A stretch of DNA of 63,952 bases, filler included, from Hyphochytrium catenoides (GCA_900088475.1; 10 parts of 10 records of this genome joined end to end with filler, not necessarily neighbours in it); one strand, 5' to 3'; numbered from the whole stretch's first letter, positions 1 through 12,429 are shown. Numbers and translations: made by a program. Notes: generated from the sequence alone by a model not told the origin.

Positions 1-420
1 CTAACCCTAACCCTAACCCTAACCCTAACCCTAACCATAACCCTAACCCTAACCATAACCCTAACCCTAACCATAACCCTAACCATAACCCTAACCATAA
101 CCATAACCCTAACCATAACCCTAACCCTAACCCTAACCCTAACCCTAACCCTAACCATAACCCTAACCATAACCATAACCCTAACCATAACCATAACCCT
201 AACCATAACCCTAACCATAACCCTAACCATCAGCTCTATTTGGCATGGGCTGCGCGACTCCGTTTTCNNNNNNNNNNNNNNNNNNNNNNNNNNNNNNNNN
301 NNNNNNNNNNNNNNNNNNNNNNNNNNNNNNNNNNNNNNNNNNNNNNNNNNNNNNNNNNNNNNATAACCATAACCATAACCATAACCATAACCATAACCCT
401 AACCCTAACCCTAACCCTAA
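1..420 (+). repeat. Telomeric repeat array, mixed CCCTAA/CCATAA (TTAGGG/TTATGG), interrupted by a 37-bp unique segment and an N gap
   Basis: Strict 6-nt period; in 5-226 I count 23 CCCTAA and 14 CCATAA units. The array resumes at 363-420. C-rich strand at the 5' end, as expected for a chromosome terminus. Confidence 0.95.
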
Positions 421-1873
421 GCTGCCCTAACTCGCTGCCCTCACCCGCTGCCCTCACCCGCTGCCTTCACCCGCTGCCCTCTCCCGCTGCCCTATGTCGC
501 TGCCCTAGCCCAAATGCCCTAACCCGCTGCCTTATCCCTCCCCTAACCCCCCGCCCTAACATCTGCCCTACTCTTAATCCGCTGCGCTAGCCCGCTGCCC
601 TAACATAATACGCTGCCGTAACCATAACACGCTGTAACCTCTACTCGTAACCCGCTTCGCTAGCCCGCTGCCCTAACATAATACGCTGCCGTAACGATAA
701 AAAACGCTGTAATCCTGCTGCTTAGCTCTAAGCCCTAACCATAGAACGCTGCCCTAGCCATAACACCCTGCCCAAACTATATCACGTTGCCCTCACCAGA
801 ACACGCTGCCCTAACCATAACATGCTGCTTTAATCCTAACATGCTGCGCTACCCCTAACACGCTGCCCTGACTATAACACGCTGCCCTTCCATATCACGC
901 GGCCCTAACCCGCTGCCATAACCCGCTGCTCTAACTCGCTGCCCTAACACCCTTCCCTATCCCTAAGCTGCTCTAACTCGCTACCCTAACACCCTGGCCT
1001 ATCCCGCTGTCTTAGCCCTAACCATAAAACGCTGTCCTAACCTTAAGCCCTAACCCGCTGCACTTCTTACCCAACACCTAACTCGCTGTTCTTTCTTTTT
1101 AAGCGCTGCTATTTTTCCCCACCCCCTGCCCTTTCCTACCCTCTTCATTATATTCGCGATCTCTAACCCCAAGCCACTCCCTTTCCTTATGATCTTTCCC
1201 TTTTCACTGCTCTTTATCTAACCCGCTGCACTATTCCTAACCCTAAAACTTTCCTATCCGTTCCTTAACCGGCGCACTATTCCGCACATTAACCCGCTTA
1301 CTAACCCCCCAGAACCCGCTCCAACACGCTAACTACCCTCTCTCTCTAACTCCCTTGTTGACCAACTTCCTATCCCGCTGTCTTGTTATAACGTGCAGCT
1401 CAATTTCTCTCCCGATGCCCTTTCTTACCCGCTGCCCTTTCTTAAGTAGCTGCCCTGTGCTTAGCTCCTCAGCTCTAATCAGCTGCCCTTGCCCCCCAAG
1501 CCCGCTCCAACACGCAAACTACCCTCTCTTTAACTCGCTCGCCAACGAACTCCCTATCGCGCTGGCTTTTTTAACGCGCTACTCTCTCCCTTTTACTGAT
1601 GGCCTTTCTCTTATCCGCTGCCATTTTTCTAATTAGCTGCCCTTTGTTTAATTCCGCAGCCCTAACCACCTGCCCTTGCCAGCTGCCCAGCCCTGATGCT
1701 GCCTATTATATTCCGGCCTGCCTGGTATTTTCGCTGGTGCCCTGATGCTTATCATCCCTACTGACCTCTTCCCTACCTACCTTCTACCCCCACTCCCCTG
1801 TCTCACCCTTTTAACTTCTCTACTATAAGGAAAGGCCTCTTGGTTAGGCTTATCAGAGTGCCGCTACTACTAA
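421..1873 (+). repeat. Subtelomeric degenerate satellite built from (C/A)CGCTGCCCTAA-type units interleaved with telomeric hexamers
   Basis: Dozens of copies of CCCGCTGCCCTAA / ACACGCTGCCCTAACCATA, decaying progressively away from the telomere; a direct repeat CTAGCCCGCTGCCCTAACATAATACGCTGCCGTAAC lies at ~587-623 and ~660-695. Confidence 0.85.
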
Positions 1874-1973
1874 NNNNNNNNNNNNNNNNNNNNNNNNNNN
1901 NNNNNNNNNNNNNNNNNTTAATTAATTAANNNNNNNNNNNNNNNNNNNNNNNNNNNNNNNNNNNNNNNNNNNN
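1874..1973. other. Artificial contig-joining linker (N44-TTAATTAATTAA-N44); further cores at 3276, 7662, 16804, 43319, 47214, 50616, 60430, 61839
   Basis: Same 100-nt structure nine times; the 12-mer places stop codons in all six frames. Confidence 0.95.
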
Positions 1974-2291
1974 TTTCTCTCTTCTCTTTATCTGTCTCTC
2001 TCTGTCTCTCCCTGTCTTCCTCTCTCTTCTCTCTCTCTGTCTCTCTGTTCTCCTTGTCTTCTCTCTCTCTTCTCCCTCACTCTTCCTCCTCCCTCCCCTT
2101 TTATAATAAAAAGCTCTGTATCTCCTTCTTCTTCCCTTTAATAATGTCCGTTACAGAAGAGGCCGCTAACGACTTATTGAAGAGTAAAAAAAAGGAAATC
2201 TTCACCTGGGGGAGTTCTCGTCTTGAAGTGGGGACGACATAGAGCGACAGAGCAGGAGAGACAGTCTCAATGGAGAGAGGAGAGGAAGTGA

Positions 2292-2325
<34 letters not shown>

Positions 2326-2364
2326 NNNNNNNNNNNNNNNNNNNNNNNNNNNNNNNNNNNNNNN

Positions 2365-2399
<35 letters not shown>

Positions 2400-2644
2400 G
2401 AGAGGTCTCAATAAGAGTGGTCTAACCCAGGAGGAGGAAAAAGAGGGAGCACACACGCGAGAGAGGGACATAGGGAGAGGATGTAGGAGAGAGGCAAGAT
2501 GAGAGAGGAAAGCGAGGAAGGGATGTTGGTCAGTGATGGAAGTGAAGAGAGACAAGCCGACGATGTGAAGTGCATCTCGCTCAGCTAGGGCGCGGGAACT
2601 CATGAAGAGCCAAGCAGCGAGCAAAGAGACTAGAATAGAATAGC

Positions 2645-2695
<51 letters not shown>

Positions 2696-2824
2696 GANNN
2701 NNNNNNNNNNNNNNNNNNNNNNNNNNNNNNNNNNNNNNNNNNNNNNNNNNNNNNNNNNNNNNNNNNNNNNNNNNNNNNGGGGAGGCAATGAAGAGAGAGA
2801 GAACGAGTAGACTAGCTGCCGCAC

Positions 2825-2968
2825 CTGACTCCGCAGGTATCCCCCGAAGACTCTGTGTACAATCGTCGTCTCTGTCAGCCTTCCTGCATTCTCTTTCAGC
2901 CGCGCAGACCGCAGGCAACTCTTCTGCAGACCTTCTATGACACATCGAAGGAACTCGTGTGCATCTTC
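2825..2968 (-). CDS. Internal exon of a ubiquitin-specific protease (USP36/USP42-like, peptidase C19); gene truncated by contig ends
   Basis: Exon bounded by ttttcag| and |gtgcgg encodes EDAHEFLRCVIEGLQKSCL...TTIVHRVFGGYLRSQ, the QEDAHEFL box and FGGxLRSQ of USP36/42. Confidence 0.85.
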
Positions 2969-3331
2969 CTGAAAACAAGGACGAGCAGGTTGTTCACATA
3001 GGAAATGAATGTCGACGCAGGGCAATGGCCCGGAATGACAAACAGAGAGAAGGGACAGAGAGAGAGAGAGAGAGTTAGTGCTCGCAAACAAGAAGTAGAA
3101 GATTGGTCCCTGAAGCAGGCTATCGCAAAGAATAGTGAGACCTAAAGTCAGAGCGTTAAGCGTAAATGAGCGCATGGAACGAGATCGCCTTTTCTCTCTC
3201 TCTGTCTCTTCCCCCCTCACCCCGACCTTTCNNNNNNNNNNNNNNNNNNNNNNNNNNNNNNNNNNNNNNNNNNNNTTAATTAATTAANNNNNNNNNNNNN
3301 NNNNNNNNNNNNNNNNNNNNNNNNNNNNNNN

Positions 3332-4465
3332 GCAGGAGAGGGTGATAGATCGAGAACACACGGGAAGAGAGAACCCAGCAGGACACTCGTACTTCAAAAC
3401 TACAGCGCCGCCCGCATTAGTTCACCGAGGAAGGAAGGAAAGAGTGATTCCTGCTGGGCGCGCGGGCGTGAGATCATGAGGCCGACACACAAGAGAATGA
3501 GGAAAGGAGACGAAGGCGAGGAGATACACTTAGGAATTAGCGACGAGAGTCAAGAGGGCCCACAGGACGCAGAGCCAGGGAGTGAAGCGCCAGCAGTGGC
3601 AACAATAATGGATAAGAAGAGGAGAGGGAGCCAGACCAGAGAGATGTGAGGAGAAAGGGCCATAGAAGAGACAGCCCAGGAACCAGGACAACAAGGGACC
3701 GAATAAATGGTACTGAGGGTCGAGAAGCCATAATAATAAGGTTACAGGAGCTCTAGCCCTGGCCGTGGCCCTTATCACATTGGAGCTAGGTGTACACTAC
3801 GAGTAACGTGCTACGCAGTTGGAGTCAGCGACAATTCGTGGAAGAATGGGCCTAGGTACCGCTGGTAAGGTAGTTCCAGAGGTGGGCGCCTACCTTTGGA
3901 GCCGTACAAGTACACTATCATGATTCTCAGTTGGTGCCAGCGACGATTTAGGGACAGATTGGGCCTGCAACCGATGGTTCTACCATAATTATGAGGGAGA
4001 GGACAAGGGAGACCATTCATAAGAAGCTCCTCTCTCAGAACACGGGCGAGGGCCCTACTGCCCTGTCTAAGTTAAAGCTCCCTTTCCCTAAGGCCGTCTT
4101 GGTCCTGTAGATCCCTGACCAAACCCTGATCCCAGCGCTCGCAGGAAATAGAACAGTTTGTAGTTCTATGGTAAAGTAGTAGGACAAGGGAGGCAAGAAG
4201 GAGGCAAAAGAGGGCGGCAGAAGGCAGAAGGGAGACAGAGAAAGAATGGAGCGAGAGAGATAGGTGTGATAGTAGGAAGAAACGAGAGACGGAAAGAAGA
4301 AGACATTGAAAGGTGTGAAACAGAGAGGAACCGCGCACGGAAAATGAAGAAAGAAGACGACCCAGCTAAGGGACCTGGGGAGCCAGTGTCGTGGGTCCCA
4401 ACGCGCCGTATTGAATGGCCCTACCACCTACCTCCGGTGCACGGGATCATGGTTGGTTGGTTGCC
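3332..4465 (+). mobile_element. Possible decayed 3' end of a non-LTR retrotransposon
   Basis: Stop-riddled purine-rich frames; YHNYEGEDK...ETIH at 3981-4020 would be a CxxC..ET..H zinc motif after TAY->TGY back-mutation; ends in a short (GGTT)3 tail at ~4451-4463. Confidence 0.3.
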
Positions 4466-4699
4466 CTTCTTGAAGGCCAATAGATTGTTAGTTGACTGAA
4501 GATTATTGGCTGCTCGGCTCCAACGTAATGGTTCTACTACTATCGCTCGAATGACCCTTCATTGTGACAACAACAATGCCGCTCACATCTGTAGATAGAT
4601 TTTTGTCAGCAAGCCGCTGCTGTGCCTACTTCTTCGCCACCGACTCATTTTTTGTTTACTGCTGCAATCACCAGCTATCACCACATCACCACTCCCACG

Positions 4700-5730
4700 C
4701 CACGGCGGTAAATAAGAAAGCAGAAGAAATTGACAAACTTGGCCCCTGAAGCATAGGGATATGTTAGAACGAAGGCTTCATGTGAGCAGCAATAGCCAAC
4801 AACAACAGGTTTGAGGTATAGTGATGATAAGAAGAAGCATCGCGGCTTGCACGGACTGGTGATGAGAAGAATGATGGGAAGCGGGAAAGTCTGCACTTTT
4901 ATAGTCATAATAAAGCCAAGTAGAGTGGTGAGAGTTCTGGATGAGAGATCTTTTGTTGAGGCTGCCCTAAGCTCACCCGAGAAAAAAAAGTCAGAGACTC
5001 CTTCGCGGGGATCTTGAGGCTTGAGGATGATGATGTGTGGCGGAAGCCTCTCTCGTTGCACGGTGCGCACCCGTAAAATCTTTTTTCTCGTCGGCAGCCT
5101 CCAACTTGGGACGCCGCCAGCATATGGATTATCAGCCGAACTGAGACTGCTTCCCGCTTCTCATCAATGGTTAAAGAGCCCTCCTCTTCTTCCCTGATAT
5201 ATACTCATCATGCATCTGACTACAACTTCCTCAAGTCTTGAAGGTGTCTAAACAATCAGTTTGAACAAGATCATCGCTCAGGGGTAGAACGCCGTCCCAT
5301 TTATCTGAGCCATGACATTGCAGACAATAGGATTGCTGCTGACGTAAGCTTAAGTCAGAGCAGCAGCGTATTATCAGCTCCTACTCCAGATGGCCATGAC
5401 GACCATCATCACGCGATATCTGCAGTCTAAACGAGCTAAAAAAAACTCAGTCTCTGTGGTGAGAGTCACTACTAAGGACAAGCCTCAATAGCATCCGGTC
5501 CTGATGATGGTGTCAACTCTGGACAAAAGTCTCATCGGCAATGATGCCAAGACAATAACCGTTGAAGCCAATCCATCAGGTATTACTAAGTATGCTCGTC
5601 GGGGAATGATTTCTCTGACCATGTGGATGGCAACTCTTCATCATAAAGGATTTAGAGCGCGTCATTGTTTGTGTCATTTTCTCCCTTTTATCCGGCCTTC
5701 CGCCTGCTTCTTCATGCTGAAGTGGTGACC
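4700..5730 (-). mobile_element. Possible decayed tyrosine-recombinase (Crypton-like) element remnant
   Basis: Frameshifted peptides in the expected order: KQAEGRIKGE, RVDTII, GAHRATREASATH (cf. GTHSxRKGxAT), DYKSADF, LKPVVVGYCCSHEAFVL. Judged by eye only. Confidence 0.3.
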
Positions 5731-8059
5731 CCTTTTGGTCTGGGAGAAGGAACTAGTACCTTAGACAAATATGCATGCCACACTTATGGCGAGAACAGAG
5801 TGTGAGCAGGGACACAGCGCCCGGGACAGAAGAGAGGTGGTACCGATCAATTTTAATTCAACATAACGCGTGTCGTGGCATTCGAAAGTCATTGAGCGGC
5901 TTCCAGGAAGGAGACTTCTCTTCCCTTCTCCTCTGTATCTCCCTGTTGCATTCGACTTAGCCTATTCGCTTTCCGTTCATTCTCGCTCTCCTCTTCTTTG
6001 TTTTCTTTTTCATTTTCTCACGTCGATTGCCCTTGCTGATCGTTAGGCACTCTCTGCTTAATCTACTATTCGATGATAAAAATTCTCTCTTCTGGACACA
6101 AGTGGTAGTGACAGCGATTATTATTTAGGATGTTTAGCTCTGATCTGCGATGCTTTGCTGAAGCTGATGCCTGGAACCCAAAGAGAGGGCGGACTTAGTG
6201 CGAACCCCGCTCAGTCCCCGTCGCTGCTCCCTCTCTATCTACATACCAGCAGCCACTACCACAACCCTTTCACTACTAACGGCTGTCATCCACGAACTTG
6301 TCCTGCTATTAAACTCTTCTTGTCACTAACTGCTGCCATCCGTCGTGGCACCCTGCTTGCTGATCCCCCGTTCGGACCTTGGGATTACGTACCTCTCACT
6401 GATCAGCATGTATCTGACCATCCCTTCCTCCTAAGATCTCATCTCTCACTCTTCTATTATTATTGTAGTAGGCCTCGACAGTAATACTGATGATGACTGA
6501 TGGGTCCATAAACGGCAGAAGCAGCACACTCACCGAAGAGATCTTTCCTCCTCCTTATCATCAGTGCCCCTAATAAAATACGAATAAATACAATGGCTTC
6601 GATCGGCTGAGAATGAGTGCATAAGCGGCGGAAGCACAGTCTAGATAGTTGACAACAGTCGTGGTTGTCCCAGCAGCAGCAGAAGTTAGCTCTGCCTCCA
6701 TTAGTGCGGCGGTTTATCCAAACGATGATCATAACATTAATATTTTGGAATGAAGAAGAATGCTGCCGCTGCTGGCCCCTCCTCCTCCATCATGCAGCGC
6801 CGGTCACCAACAATATAGCTGTCACCCAATAATAAAAGTAGCTGAAGAAGAACCTCTGCGACCCTCGCCAGGTCGGATATCATCATCACCACGCATCCTG
6901 ACGAAGCAGCATCATCATCCTTCATTCTTGATCATCGACGACAACAAGGAGGAGGAGGAGGAGACCCTTCATCGATTATTCTGCTATAATACCTCGGTCG
7001 ATGAGGAAAGTAGTCAGCAGCAGGAGAAGATGAGGCAGAAGGAGGAATAACAACAACAAAGAAGAAGAATGAAGGCCCCAATGAAGGATGATGATGCATG
7101 TTCTTCCTTCTCTTCTTCTTCTTCTTTTCTTGTACTATTTGACGTGGTTATTAGTTTCTTCTGTCCCTTATAGATGTTATAGTAATAATTATGCTCCTTG
7201 TCACTGAAGAATGCGGGCGCTGTCTATGAAGAGGTTGGCAACCAATTCCCTAAATCTTGTACTTGCACTCGTAGCTTTTGAAAGAGTTCAAGTCCAAGTC
7301 TATCCTTGAATGTACTTGCATAAACCTCGGAAACTCAGTATCTTAGATTCTTCATGTTATTATGAAAGATACAGAGCCCCGAAAGGGCCGAAAGAGAGAA
7401 ACGGTACAATACTAGTACTTACCAGGGTACGTACTTAGTACTTGTACAGGTAGAGAGGAAGCCCCTTCCTATGTGACTGCCGCTTGAAGCTGAGGGACAA
7501 GGTAGAACTCGGAGGCAGTTTCCTCAAGCCTGCTTATTAGTAGTAGAAAGCCAAAAGGCTCGCCAACTTGTGAGAACTTCTATGCAGCAGTAGCCCAAGA
7601 TCTGTTTGTTGAGCTTCNNNNNNNNNNNNNNNNNNNNNNNNNNNNNNNNNNNNNNNNNNNNTTAATTAATTAANNNNNNNNNNNNNNNNNNNNNNNNNNN
7701 NNNNNNNNNNNNNNNNNAGTCCTGAGGGCTCTAGAGGACAGAAGACCGCAAAAAGGAACAGACAGACGCAGAGACAGTTGCCATATGGTTACAACGGGCT
7801 AAGGAGGAGAGAGAGAGAGCGATGTACACCCAAACGTAAGGGACGATGCAGAGTTAACACCAACAGGAAAGGGACTGAGAAGCTTAGAGTCGGGGTTGAG
7901 AAGGGAGAACGATACGAGAGAGGGGGGAGAGAGAGTCAGAGGGAAGAGTGCGACAGGGGGAGAGAGAGAGAGAAAGTAAGAGAGNNNNNNNNNNNNNNNN
8001 NNNNNNNNNNNNNNNNNNNNNGAGAGAGAGAGAGAGACAAAGAGAGGAAAGATATCTAC

Positions 8060-8308
8060 CGTAATGATGCGCTCATTCTTATAGGTTCCGGCACTTCGGA
8101 TCTCCGCAAGCTGCTCATGGAGCTTCTGAGTGAGGGCATTCGTGGCCACTCCTCTTCCTCTTGCGGAGGCAGAAGAGAGCTGCACTGTAGAAGAAAGAGG
8201 GTTCTTCCTACAAGCGGAGGAGAGAGTGGAGCCAGGACTTGTGGGCGCCCCAATGGTTCTGAGGAGAGAGCAGACTCTGTTCGCTGCTCTGAGCTTGGAG
8301 TGATCCAT
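8060..8308 (-). CDS. GCAT: First exon of mitochondrial 2-amino-3-ketobutyrate CoA ligase (glycine C-acetyltransferase); remainder not identifiable before the contig end
   Basis: Arg/Ser-rich presequence followed by LHEQLAEIRSAGTYKNERIIT, the conserved Kbl/GCAT N-terminus; donor |gtagat at 8059. Confidence 0.85.
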
Positions 8309-8577
8309 GACTGGACTATTAGTGAGCTAAGAGAGCCAAGACGCAAGCAGTGACTTTTGAAGATTCTTGGATCTGAAGTGGTAGCTGAAGATTTTGAGCT
8401 AAAAGAACCCCGCTTCGCGATCCACAAGAAGAGATGGTTCTTCTAGGGAGTGCCTCTAGACGAGAGAGAGTAAGACTTGAGAGAGCATCAGAGCAAGAGG
8501 AGAGCGAGCGAGCGAGAGAGAGCGAGAGAGAGCGAGAGAGAGGGAGAGAGAGAGCGAGAGAGAGGGAGAGAGAGAGG

Positions 8578-8615
<38 letters not shown>

Positions 8616-8983
8616 AAGAGAGAAGAGAGAGAGAGGACGGGAGAGAGAGAGCCAGCCGCCCAAGCGTCAGGAGAAGTTTGTTGAGGTTTCAGGCTTCTGA
8701 TGTTGCTGCTGATGAGGTCCATGTCCGGAATAGAAACAAGCAAAGTCCAGATTCAGTATAGGTCTATTCCCAATCCGTTGAGATGTAATAAACCTTTACT
8801 TGACAGCATACTTGACATTCACCCTCTAGGACAGGGCCTTACTATAAGGAAAGGGCTATTCTTGGCCTTGGCACCCTCTAAGCAGTAAATTTACTCTTTC
8901 TTCACATGATGGATGAGGACGTTACTGTACCTGGGAGAGGTGGCCCTGTTGTTCTAGATGTGCGGGCGGTTTCACTCCCTCCA

Positions 8984-9018
<35 letters not shown>

Positions 9019-9619
9019 CTNNNNNNNNNNNNNNNNTCTCTCTTTCTCTCTTTTTCTCTCTCCCCCTCCCTCACTCTCCTTCCCGTCTATGTCTCCCTCT
9101 CTCTCTCTCCACCTGGATGCCTCCTCGCTTCTTCAACAGCCTCCGACACTACCATTTCCACTTGGTGCTCCTTTCCTCCTTCCTCCCCCGCCGCCGCAGC
9201 AGCGACAGCTGCATCAGCAGTAGCAGCAGGAGGAAGAAGAAGAGCCAGCAGCATCGGTGGAGGTGCGAGGTCTCTCTTCTCCTTCAGCGGCGATAGCAGC
9301 AACGACAAGTATGTTATTTGCTGCAATAGCTCTTATTTGCTCACGGCCCTCAGGGCTCTCTTGATCACTCAGAATCAAGAAAGAGAAGAGTCTTCTGGTC
9401 AGCTAGAGCTACCTTTCCTTCCTCTCCCTCTCTCTTTTCTATCAATCGCTTTCTGCTCTTCTATCCCCGATCTCGAGTGCTCCGCAACGTACATGTCCGG
9501 GACGCAGAGCTGGCCGCTGTTGTGAGGAGGTCCGAGGATGATTGAGAGGAGCAAAGTGCCAAGAAGACAGACTCGGAACCGGACCTTGTGATAGGGGAGC
9601 GGCGGGAGAGAGCAAAGGG

Positions 9620-9890
9620 ATGGCGGGCTCTTTCCGTCTCAGAAGAAGCATGAGAGCTCTTCCTCTCTGCGCGAGCGTTGGCGTCTCTCTTCTCTTCCTA
9701 GTCTTCCAGGCGCAGCCAGCCCTAGCGCAACAAAATGGAATTGTACGTCTGTCTCTCGCTATCTTCACTTCTCCATCTCTCTCTCTTCTACTCTTGCGCT
9801 CTACTGCTCTCTGAGTGGGGCCAAGATCATGATACTGTTTCTTCTTCCACGCCTCCTCCTCCCCCTTCTCCTCCGTCCCCCTCTCACTTT

Positions 9891-9930
<40 letters not shown>

Positions 9931-9996
9931 TTCCTACTCTCTCTTTTTCTTTCTTACTCTCTTCTCTCTCCTCTCCCTCTTTCTCTTCTCTTTTTC

Positions 9997-10038
<42 letters not shown>

Positions 10039-10274
10039 GCCTCTACTTCTTCACTATTTGAAAAGCGCCAAGACTGATACCCTGTTGTAAACACCAGGAG
10101 GCCACTTATAGAATCTTTGGAGTCCTCGAGCCCGCGGGTAAGTCCTAAAGTTGACAAGCGTCCTAGAGAGTAAGCGATGGAAGGATCGAGGAGGAGCGGA
10201 AATATGCTCCTGAATATCTCTGTGGAGCCATAAGTGCACAGAGAGCGCAGCAGAGAGACAATGAGAGAGAGAAG

Positions 10275-10305
<31 letters not shown>

Positions 10306-11617
10306 GGACAGAGACAGAGAGACAGAGAGAGTCAGCTGACGTGCAAGTGGAGGAGGAAGATATCGGAGCTCCTCAGGAGTTAAATTGCTGCCGTGTAGTG
10401 TCCCCACAACTCCAGAGAGAGAGGAAGAATAGGCGAAAGATCAGAAGGAAGAGAGAGAGAGAGACACAGAGAGAGAGAGACAGAGAGAGATGAGAGAGAC
10501 AGAGAAAGTGAGAGAGACAGAGGGAGACTCCGGAAAGAAAGACAGAGAGAGAGAGATAAGATGCTACTGTCCTCTAGCGAGAAGCCCCTAACTGAAGATT
10601 AACTCTGCCAAAATAATAGCGCAACCTGTGGACACCGCAACCGTCCTCCTGACGTGCTATTCAGGACTGGGTCTCTCCTCCTGCCGCGACTCTCTCTCTC
10701 GGGGAGGATATAAAGCCACAGAGACAGAGAACCTGCAGAAGCTCGATGGCGCGTCAAAGTACTGTCTCGACTGCTGCTCCGCCTCGAGACTGGCACCCAC
10801 GGTAGGAAAAAGTAGCAATCGCAGGACGGTGGAGGGAGGCAGGACGGAAGAGTTGAGAGAGAGAGAGAGAAAGAGAGAGAGAGGAAGAAAGGGAAGGAAG
10901 AGAGCGATGGAGAGAGCGCGCCCCAGAGAGAGAGGCATAAGTCCACATCTGGCTCTACCACTTCTGTTTGTCCGGGTTCACACTATCCTAGTATCATAGA
11001 TGGGACTAGCGTTTTCTTTCCTTATGTCGCAGAGATCATTGAGCTATCATCTCGGTCCACCCTGTCTCTTTTTTACTATGTTTCTGGAAAAGACGGTCAT
11101 GATGTCCTGCCTCGGCTAATTTGTTCTCTATGCCTCTCTCTTTTTGCTTCTCTTGCCTCTCTCTCTCACTCGTTTCCTGCATGTCAGGGCAACGAGAGTT
11201 GGTACCTGGAATGTCCAGTCTCTCTCTTGGAGCTCTCTCTCTCCAATCTATTCGACTCCGAGTTCCGCTTTGCCCGACGGAGGACGCTCGAGGATTTGAC
11301 GATTGTCTCCTGTCCTCTCCCGCGGACAAGGAGAGACACATTCCTTATCGGATATGACCTCACGCTGCAAGGTTGTTGAAAGAGCCCGCGGCTAAGATTC
11401 TCTTCTCAAGTCTTCCTCTCTCTCTTTGCTGTCTCTCGATGCTTGTTTTCTCTCTTGTTTGTCGCCTTGAGTCCCTCCTCTCCACTTGCCTTCGACTTTT
11501 TCTCTATCTTCTTAGACTCGTTGCTCCTGATCATTTCTAAGCACTCCTTTTCTCTTCTCTACCTTTCTCTCCTACTACTTTCTGTTCTCTTCACTTTTTC
11601 TCTCTCTTTCTCCCTTT

Positions 11618-11668
<51 letters not shown>

Positions 11669-12393
11669 ACTTTTCGGTCTTTGTCCCTCTCTGCTCTCTC
11701 TTTCCCCTGCCTTCTGCCTTCCGCGGTATTATCCTTCGTTCTCTCAGTGGTGGAACACTATTCTGAGGGAAAGTACTGGCGGAGTGTGGAGAGCTGCAGC
11801 GCCACCAGCACAGAAAGCACGTCTCCCACAACCGTTTTTAAAGAGAATCTGCACAAAATGGTCACCTATAGAGAGTCGGTGAGAAGACTTTCTCTCTGTC
11901 TCTCTCTGTCTCTCTCTCTGTCTCTCTCTCTCTCTCTCTCCCTCACACGCTCTACCCATTCCTTACTCTTTCTCTCTTCTCTTCCCTCTCTCTCTCTCTC
12001 CCTATCTCAGTTTCTGTCGCTGTAATCTCTTGGTTTTGGTGCCTGGTTCTCAGTGTAGCTTAACCCCTAGTTCTTCTCTCCTAGACTTGTTCTCTTCTCT
12101 TGCTTCTCGCCTCCTTTCCTGCTTTTTCCCAAGCGCCATTGTCCGTCTGATAAACCAGTCTCTTTACCCTTCCTTTTCTTATCCTTTCCCTATCTTCGCA
12201 CCACCGGCTAGTTCACTTACCTCTTTGTGTGTCTCTCTCTCTTGCTCTTTTCTCTCTCTCTCTCTCTCTCTCTCTTAATTTGTTCACCCTCTCCCTCTCA
12301 CTCTATCTCTTCTTCTCTTCTCTTTCTATTTCCTCTGTCAACCCCCTGCTCTCACTCTGCCGTTCTGTCTCTCCCTTCGCTCATTGTTCTCTT

Positions 12394-12429
<36 letters not shown>

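Noticed and set aside
236-590. ORFs overlapping the telomere and gap
   Set aside because: Artefacts of hexamer repeats and Ns.
421-1873. Repeat-spacer appearance suggestive of a CRISPR array
   Set aside because: Units are short, degenerate and telomere-derived, without unique constant-length spacers; eukaryotic context and no cas genes.
1918-1929. TTAATTAATTAA palindromic motif repeated nine times
   Set aside because: Always centred in N44 flanks totalling 100 nt; an assembly linker, not biology.
5884-5897. 14-bp identity with the reverse complement of 42443-42456
   Set aside because: Matches of this length are expected by chance in a 64-kb self-comparison; no flanking similarity.
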